Below, in pieces: positions 54,790-64,000 of a stretch of DNA of 64,000 nucleotides. The position numbers and the translations under genes were made by a program. Origin of the DNA: the human T2T-CHM13v2.0 reference genome, Homo sapiens; the NCBI RefSeq assembly GCF_009914755.1, contig NC_060926.1, one strand, 5' to 3'. Under the pieces are notes generated by a model. It ran no database searches, had not been told where the DNA came from, and was given only the letters and a program-made list of their open reading frames with translations. The number at the start of each line of letters is the position of its first letter. Within the stretch, counting starts at the first letter, position 1.

Positions 54790-57700
54790 ATATACAGTGC
54801 TTTAAAATCTTCCTTATTGAAGTGTAACAGGCATTTAGAAAAGTGTACAAAGTCAGCAGGGCTCAGCTCAATGAATTCCACGAGCCGAATTCACCCATGT
54901 AACCAGCACCCAGATCAAGAACTTCAACATTAGCAGCAGGTCAGAGGGCCGGCCTTGGCTTGAGCTACTCCCTCCCCACTCCCAGAGATGACCTCTGCCT
55001 CTGCTTCTATCCCACAGATTAGTGTATTTATGACAATGGAATCATACCATATGTATTCTTTTGTGTCTGGCTTCTTCTACTCAACATTACATTTGCAAGA
55101 TGCTTCCATGTTTCATGTATAAATTTGTTCACTTTTATTTCTCTATAGTATTTAATGTACAGATGAACCACAATTAATTCACTCTAGCCTTTTTTTATCC
55201 AGCATTATTGAGATATAACTTATATGCCATATGATTCACCCATTTAAAGTTTTTATGTGGATGTATGTTTTCATTTCTCTTAGGTATGTACCTAGAAATA
55301 GAATTACTGAGACATATGGTAACTCCGTGATAAACTTTTTGAGGAGCTGCCAAAATGTTTTCCAAAGTGGCTGAACCATTTTATACTCCCATCAGCAATG
55401 TATAAGGGTTCTGATTTCTCATATCGGTACCGACACTTGCTATGGTCTATCTTTTTAACTGTAGCCATTCGAGGAGGTGTAACCTAGTCTCTTCTTGTGG
55501 ATTTGATTTGTATTTCCTTAATGACTAATGACATTGAGAGTGTTTTCATAGGATGATTGGCAATTTGTACATCCTATTTGGAAAAATGTCTATTGAAATA
55601 CTTTGTTCATTTTAAAATTGTGTTATTTGCTTTTTGAAAATATTGAGTTGTAAGGTGTTCTTTATATATTCTGGGTGCAAGTCATTTAGCCATTATATGA
55701 TTTTCACATAATTGTCTCATTCTGTGGGGTGTTTTCTTGCTTTCTTAAAGTATTATTTGCAGTACAATAGTTTTAAATTTTGATGTAGTCTACTTTATTA
55801 TTTTCTTTTTTGTCATTCATGCATTTGGTGTTACATCTAAGAAACTATTATCTGATCCAAGTCACTAAGATTTAGTTCTATGTTTTCTTCTAAGGGTTTT
55901 ATAGTTTTAGCTCTTACATTCATGACTTATTTTGAGTTAATCTTCTTAGTTTGGTGTGAGGTAAGAGTGCACATTTATTCTTTTGCAGATAGATAGCCAG
56001 TCTTCTTAGAACTGTTTGTTAAAGAGACTATTCTTTCCCCCATTGAGCGGTCTTGGTAGCTTTGTCAAAAATCAACTGACCCTAGATACATGAGTTTTTT
56101 TCTTGACTCTCAATTGTATTCCACTGATTATATATCTATCCTCATGGCAGTCCCACACTGTCTTGATTATTGCATCTTTGTAGTAAGATGTAAAATCAGT
56201 AACTGTGAGTCCTCCAACTTTGTTCTTCTTTCTTAAGATTGTTTTGGCTATACTAGGCCCTGTCCTTTTCCATATGAATTTTGGCTTGTCAATATCTGCC
56301 AAAAAAGGCAGCTCAGAGTTGAAAAATGATTTATATTGATGTTTATTGGCCTGAAGTTTTCTTTTTTGTTATATCTATTGCCAGGTTTTGGTATCAGGAT
56401 GATGCTGGCCTCATAGAAGGAGTTAGGGAGAAGTTCCTCCTTTTCAGTTGCCTGGAATGGTTTCAAGAGAAATGGCACCAGCTCTTCTTCATACATCTGG
56501 TAGAATTCAGCTGTGAATCTGTCTGGTCCTGGGCTTTTTGTGCTTGGGAGGCTATTTATTACTGCCTCAATTTCAGAACTTTTATTGGTCTGTTCAGAGA
56601 TTCAGTACTTTGACTACGGCATCCCACTGCCTCTTGAGCTCCTTCTTTTCTGATCAGAAACCAGTTCTGATATTATTGGGATTCCCTTGAACTTAATAAG
56701 TTATTTTCATCTTGCTGATTTCAAGATTCTCTGTCTTTATCTCTCTATACTTTGTGAGGTATCTATATTATGTTTATCCCACTTGAACTTTTTTGAGCTT
56801 CCTAGATATATATAATTAATGTTTTTCAATAAATTTGAGAAGTTTTCAGCCATATTTTTTTGAATATTCTCCTACTCCTTTTTCTCTCTCCTGTCTTAGA
56901 GCTTTCTTCTGCAACTACTCCAGAGATGGTGCAGCCTTGGGCATACACATAGTCTTCCATACTGCCAGGGCTAAGGGTGACTTTGTTATTAAGGCTGAAT
57001 TCCTAGGAGTAGCCCCTGGATCAGAATAGTTTATGGTTCCATCAGTGTTTGGTCTGAGGTTGTGTCTAAGCCTTTTTTATGAGTGAGGCTTCCACTCTGT
57101 GTTGATGAGTCTGTGTGCCTTTTGGGGAATGCATTCAAGTCCACCCCACTTCCTGCTCTGATTGTTCCTCAATGAGTGAAGTCTAGTGCATGCTATCCTG
57201 ACCCCAGAGTTGACTGTGATCTCAGGAGGATTCTTGTTGGTCATCACCTTCCCTGGTTATCTCTGTTAAATGCTATTAAACATATTACCACTCTGTCATT
57301 TTGCATGCATTCTGCAACTACCAGCCTATTCTTCATTAATCTTCACCAAGATCTCCATTCTTTTCAACAATACCTTTAGGAATGGGGTCCTCCCACCCTG
57401 TTCCAAATCAAGTCAGCTCTGTCAAGCAGAGCTACAGAACTCTTCATACTTATGGCCCATCCTCCCCTTTAGGAAAAGCCCCTGCGGATTGTATCAGCAT
57501 AGTGAGTGAGGGTTCTCCTTTTCCACAATGACACCTTTCTCTACAATGGACACTGGGAAGGGACAGCCTTGATTTTCTTGCCTTACCCTTTCAGATGTGG
57601 AATCTTTTCCCTATAAGCAAGTGCAGACAGAAGACATAGATGCCCCAGTACTCTTGCCTGCCTCATCTAGGATAAAGCATCTTCCCCAGGAGAGGGGACT

Positions 57701-58123
57701 GGATGAGGGGAAAGAGACAGGTACTTCCTGTTCCACTTGTCTGGAATAGAGCTTTTGCAACACAAGACTGAGAGGAGGGTGAGAAACGCTACTGCATGCT
57801 CCTTCTAGGGTGGAACCATAGCCCCAGACTGGGAGCTGGAAGAGAGGGAACTCTCCATCTTCTAGCTGCACACATCCATGGAAGAGCTTCTGCAGCCAGG
57901 GGGTTGGAAGAGGTAGTTAATAGAGCAAGTCATAGCTCAAATGCCATAGACTCTTGCTAATATCACAGAGTTTAACAGATTTTTTTGAATGAATGTTTTT
58001 TCTTCATTTGCTGTGTATGTTTAGAACAATTTCCAGAGACCTTTAGACCTTAAATGATGTTTTATATATATATATGTGTATATATGTATGTGTGTGTATA
58101 TTTTACACACATATATGTGTGTG

Positions 58124-58155
<32 letters not shown>

Positions 58156-58470
58156 TTCCAGTTAATTTACTGGGAAGAAGGCCTGTGGGCTCCTTACTGT
58201 GTCATTACAGGAGGTTCTTTCTCCTGTGTGTTCTGTTCTTGATGGACATTTGGGTTGCTTTTGGCTTGGCCCCATTATAAAATAATGCTTCTGTGAATGA
58301 CCTTGAAGATGTCATATCATGAATAGATGTGCATCTTTTTGTTGGGTACATCTACTATATACCTAGGAGTAACTTGTTCATTGATAAGGCTGCATATATT
58401 CAGCTTTAGTTATTGATATTACCAAAATGTTTTTTAAAATAACCATACCTATTACACTCCTAATGTAGGT
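54790..58470 (-). mobile_element. Nested L1 mosaic: L1M 3' end (54790-55185, resuming 58230-58470) interrupted by L1MB-like ORF2/3' (55190-56325), an L1PA-like patch (56326-56610) and L1M ORF1/5' pieces (56610-58050)
   Basis: Antisense ORF2-like peptides [26 protein letters not shown] and [28 protein letters not shown]. Confidence 0.75.
58062..58156. repeat. Compound (TA)n/(TG)n microsatellite
   Basis: Read directly from the sequence. Confidence 0.9.
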
Positions 58471-59534
58471 CAACTTATCCATCTTTTCATAGGTAGTTTT
58501 AGTAAATTAAAAAGTTTGAAAAGTTTAAATACTTGGTTGTGAATCAAAATGAAAAACGTGAATCAGAAAAAGTGAATTCAAAAATTATACATTTTTCTAA
58601 TTTTTAGTATAACCTAGATTTAAAGTAAAAAAGCTATTACTTATAGTTTCTATACCTATTCAATATCTATGAACCATGTACCCAAGATGGAGAGAGTCTA
58701 GCCAAATACTTCCCTCCCCTCTCAAAATTCAGTTGACTTTTTAAACGAGGTATTTATTAAACCACCTCCAGCTGTTTGTCTTGACGCCAGCATTCTGCCA
58801 CTCCGGTGTCTATGAAAAAGAACTGCAGCCCCTCTGCCCTGTGTGTTTAGATTGGTAGTCCTTGGCTCTCAGGCTTCCCTCCAGGTCCTCACTCTTTACT
58901 TGCTCTCATGTTATTTCTCATCTGCAGATTCTGAAATTTTGGCTTTTTTCTTGAATATCTGCACTGTTTTTCCCTTTAGATATAATGATAGTCATTTCCC
59001 CAGCTTTGATCCTTGGTGCCCCAGAGATGTATCTTAACATTCTGTTTGTTCCTACTCTGCTGTTATATATAATCTTTAGTGGATACTGCTGTTGACTTTC
59101 CAGCTTGTAATTTAGTTTTCTTCTGATGCAAGGTAAGTTAGAGAATTGAATTCAGATCACATTGTGGGAATGATATTTTTTGGGTGACTGTTGAATTCAT
59201 AAATTGCAAAGGCCACCATCCTAGGGTTCACGTTTGTTGGAGGATATATGGCAGGTAAGTAAGTTGAGGTTAAATCATGAATTTCAAGCCAGGGACTTTT
59301 AGGTTTTCTATTCTAAGAGAAGTGGAAGCTATTCCACAAATTTCATAGACTCTATGATGATCAGATTGGCAGAGGTATATCATCCTAGATGTATCAGGTT
59401 CTGCTTGGATGTGTGGGGTATGTGAGATCTTGGAGCATTGGGGTATAACCTGAATTTGGGGAGAAATCAAAGCAAGCTTGAACTCTCAACTTTATTGTCA
59501 AATAAATAAAAATTAAAATTAAAAAACGAGTAAT

Positions 59535-59940
<406 letters not shown>

Positions 59941-60249
59941 TCATAATCTCTTTAAAGGGCTACTTGTAAGTACATTTCAAGTAGCACAATAGTGATGAGC
60001 CGACGCTGTGTATTACAATCTGCTTTTACTTACTACAACCGAGTCCCTCAGTCCAGTTGCACAATGCCAGCCACTTCAGCTTTCCCATATGCAAATACGA
60101 TTCAGGAGCTCCCTCTGCAATGGGATCAAGTAAAAGAAAACATTTTTTACAGTTAAAAGAAAGCAATTTATATAACCAGGAATTGAAGATGCTTTAAAAT
60201 TTTAATAGTAAGTAGGAATAATACTAATTTCTTAAGAAAAAGTAGGACA

Positions 60250-60593
<344 letters not shown>

Positions 60594-60599
60594 GTAGGA

Positions 60600-60800
60600 T
60601 TAATTCACTATTTATGTTTCAAGTGCTATTCTAAGGACTTTATAAACAGCCTCTCTAATTCCACAATAGTCCCAATAGGTAGTTGTTATTATTCCCATTT
60701 TATAGATGAGAAAGCTGAGTTCTGAGGATCATTACATAGTGGCTGTGGCAGGTGAGATCCAGCCACATTGAGCTTGAAACAGGGTTGTGATACTGAATCT
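60600..60800 (-). mobile_element. MIR
   Basis: ttattattcccattttatagatgagaaagctgag. Confidence 0.75.
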
Positions 60801-61323
60801 GCCTTCCTCGTGGTTCAGCAGATGGAATCCTTTATTTAGAGTGGAAAGAAACAATTGTCATCTTTAGGCATCAGTCTGTATGAAATTAATATTTCCCACC
60901 TCCCTCTTCTCATCTGTAAAGTGGGGACTAGGGAACGTCTTCAGCTTATTTCCCAAATTCTCGTTAAGGACCACCTGAGGGAGGATAAACAGCAGAATGA
61001 AAATAGCAAAACACAACATGACATCTTGGAGCTCTGTTCTAGCTGATCCACAAACATTCCACGACACTTGAGATCTGCTGCTGACTTGAGTGAGCGGATA
61101 TCTTCAGGAAATAATTAGCCCTTCCCAGTAACAAAAGAGTAGGTAGGGCTCTGGAGTTTGGGCACCCAAACACAGAACACTGGGACTAGAAGGTTTTGTG
61201 AAGAATTGAAAAAAGAAGTTATCATTTATGGTATTTTAAATCTTTCTTTTTAATCAACATACATGTAATATTTTTCCAAAGTCAGGTTTCTCTTCAGGTT
61301 GGTGGTGGTATTTACCATTTCTC

Positions 61324-61627
61324 TTATTTTTATTTATTTATTTATTTTGAGATGGAGTCTCGCTCTGTCGCCAGGCTGGAGTGTAGTGGCACAATCTCTG
61401 CTCACTAAAACCTCCCCCTCCTGAGTTCAGGCTACTCTCCTGCCTCAGCCTCCCGAGTAGCTGGGACTACAGGTGCGCACCACCATGCCCAGCTAATTTT
61501 TGTATTTTTAGTAGAGGCAGGATTTCACCATGTTGGCCAGGATGGTCTCGATCTCTTGATCTCGTGATCCTCCTGTCTCGGCCTCCCAAAGTGCTGGGAT
61601 TACAGGCATGAGCCACCACACCCGGCC
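61324..61627 (-). mobile_element. AluSc-like SINE
   Basis: ctgtcgccaggctgg deletion, ggatggtctcgatctcttg; 14-bp TSD tatttaccatttct at 61309-61322 and 61636-61649. Confidence 0.95.
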
Positions 61628-62199
61628 GTCAGCCATATTTACCATTTCTAATCTACGACGTAAGTAATCTCCATAAACCACTCTACCTCACGTATGTTAG
61701 TGAGGCCCCATACACTGAACATTGTCCATCAATTGTTTCTCTATTTGCTGTTAAACATTTTAATAGGGTCTTCTCAAAACATAACAAGATGCTTTGATAT
61801 TTTTGTTTGTTCTTAAAATTAGGAAATATGAAGAAAGAAAAGAACTGAAGTGAGCTACCTTGGGGCCTTAGAGGGAAGGCCAGCAGTATTGTCAACCCAT
61901 TTGGTTCTGCCAAATCATGATGAAAGTAATGGCCCAACCCGGCTGAGAGTAAGCCCCTGTGTTTCTCTGCAGCAGATGACTGAGAAGCAGCCAGGCTGGT
62001 CCCCATTCTGAGCTGCAGCCCAGCCTGCTCCTGTTCACTTCCTCTGTCGTTCTGGGAGGTTTGTCAGCTTGCACCTCTTCAGCTCCTTCATGCTGACATC
62101 ATGTTGGAAAAGCCACTTTACTTCTTAGAGATTCAAATAACCCAAGCCTTGCTTGACTTGCTTCTCAGGACAACAGAATAGACACCAATCAGAAACTCC

Positions 62200-62580
62200 A
62201 TGGCAGTGTGAACTGTTTTTACCTTCCAGGCCCTGCCTTTCTCTGCTGGCTGTCTTCATCGGGATCACACCAGAACTTCTAGCTTATCACATCTTTGCTT
62301 GACTAACTTCAATTCATCCTCTAAGACTTAGCTCAGGTATGACCTGCCCTGGGAAGCTCCTTTGAGACCCTCACTGCCCTCCCAGGGCCATATGCTGATT
62401 TTCTCTATGACAATTTTACATTAAAGCCGTGTGCCCATTTTGCCTACTAAATTTGGAGCTTGTTTTGCAGAGGGAAATTCCCTAATGATCTTAATGGTAC
62501 TCTCTGTTAGCCTGAAGCCTGGTATCCTGTAGACATTGATTCTTATAATAATATTGATGAATGAATAAACAAATGAGAAA
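62200..62580 (+). mobile_element. L2 3' end
   Basis: aattcatcctctaagacttagctcagg...cctggtatcctgtagaca...atattgatgaatgaataaa. Confidence 0.6.
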
Positions 62581-62759
62581 TTGTGAAGATGGGGCATTAT
62601 CTTTCTAATGATCATCACTGTATTTGGTGTAACCATTCATATTCATTTAATGCCAAGATATAGTAGCAAGTGCAAAGGTATACTGCCAACTGTGTGAAAT
62701 GCTATTGATAGATACTTCTGCTGAAACCATGTACATTATATGCTAATAAAATAAACTAA

Positions 62760-62960
62760 AATATGTCTTGTGTTCCTCTAAGTGCTTTGCAAATATCAAC
62801 TCATGTAACCTTCATACAACCCTATGTGGTATATGCTATTATTAACCTCAATTTTCAGATGGAGAAACAGGTATAGAGAGTTAAACACCTAGTTCAAGAC
62901 CGAAGAGCTACAAAGAAGACAGAATTGGAGTTCAGACAGTCTTTGCTCAGGGTACGTTCT
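62760..62960 (-). mobile_element. MIR
   Basis: ctattattaacctcaattttcagatggagaaacaggtatagagagttaaacacc. Confidence 0.75.
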
Positions 62961-64000
62961 CTGCCCAGGCAGGGCGGGCATTCCTAGTGGGTCCTTCTCC
63001 CTTGCCTCTTTGAGGTGACTCACACCCTCTTTGGAGCAATTGCCTGATTTTATTGAAAGTGTCCATTTTCATTTTGGCTTGGTCTAGTAGACCGTGAATT
63101 CTTTAAGAAAGGTCATATTTCCCCACATCTTTCAGAATTCCTGGCACGTAACGGGTGCTGATTTTTGTTTGTTTTTTGTTTAATGAGTAGACGATCAAAG
63201 ATTCATTGAGTTGTGGAATCATCACATACCTCTGGAAGAAGCTGAGAGAAAATTTTGCGAGTTGCAAATGCCAGCTTAAGTGTTCAAATTGGTGCTTCCC
63301 AGCTTCACCACAGGGATGTCCTGTGTCCAGTGAGATAAGAAAAGTAGTTCAACAGAAAGTGACCCTCTTGTTAAATGTTTATGAAATGTAAAACATGGTA
63401 GTAATGGTCCTCTTTTACATCAGCTAAATAAATTATGTTCTTGGTCCACCCACCAGTGGACTTTTATGTCTTGGTTTCCTAACTACAAATTAATTCTGAG
63501 TAACATCTTCACTCAAACTTCCTGATAAAATAATCATATGCAATATAAAGGGGCCTTGAATTTTCCCTTAAGATTATAATTTCAAAGTCATTCTAGAATT
63601 GAGAGGAAAGAGAAGGGAAAGAGGGAGAAAAGAACCAAATAGCTATTTCAGTAAAGAGCACTTTCCTGGCTTTGGAGAGAATACAACAAAGGAGTAATCC
63701 TGCAATGGGTGAATACAACAAGCACAAAAGTTACAGTCTATGGACTCAGTCTGTAGGTGAAGACTGTGGTAATGTAGGAGGCTACATCGGTGATCCAGGC
63801 TGGCTTTTCCAAAGCCTGCTTGTGAAGATATTGGATTCCAAAACCTGAAAGATATTAGAGTCTCCTAAAGCTTTGCTCTGCCTGAGGCTTGCATTCCCCT
63901 GTGAACTCAGAATTTAGTGAATTTAAATCCACATGGACTTTAGGAGGCTTTGAGCTAGGATGAAACATGGACTGTCATTTTGAAGGTTTTTGCAGATATA

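Overview
Primate (human-like) nuclear DNA, largely non-coding and dominated by interspersed repeats. These include about 14 Alu elements or fragments, many MIR and L2 relics, old L1M and younger L1PA pieces, a full-length THE1A-like MaLR provirus with both LTRs and a TSD, several solo or partial LTRs (MER21C, MSTA/THE1D, MER57, MLT1, MLT2, MER39) and DNA-transposon fossils (Tigger4a, MADE1, MER3, MER58A, MER5A). None of the supplied ORFs is a credible stand-alone gene; they are Alu, L1, LTR or simple-repeat artefacts. The best gene-like signal is a candidate + strand terminal exon: branch point and acceptor at 4650, a MIR-derived 45-codon open frame ending at 4787, and AATAAA at 5682. Other notable structures are a ~97% identical local templated insertion inside an Alu (9749-9918, copied from 10559-10700), a 34-bp near-perfect hairpin with pri-miRNA-like geometry (39641-39723), an orphan CpG island with a perfect CArG box next to a long CA-rich array (41340-42690), a CpG-retaining unique insert inside L1 debris (22830-23460) and a twin-primed inverted L1. 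I could not identify the locus or any gene by name. I do not see convincing evidence of a wholly new biological system. Repeat family calls are by eye against remembered consensus sequences and boundaries are approximate.
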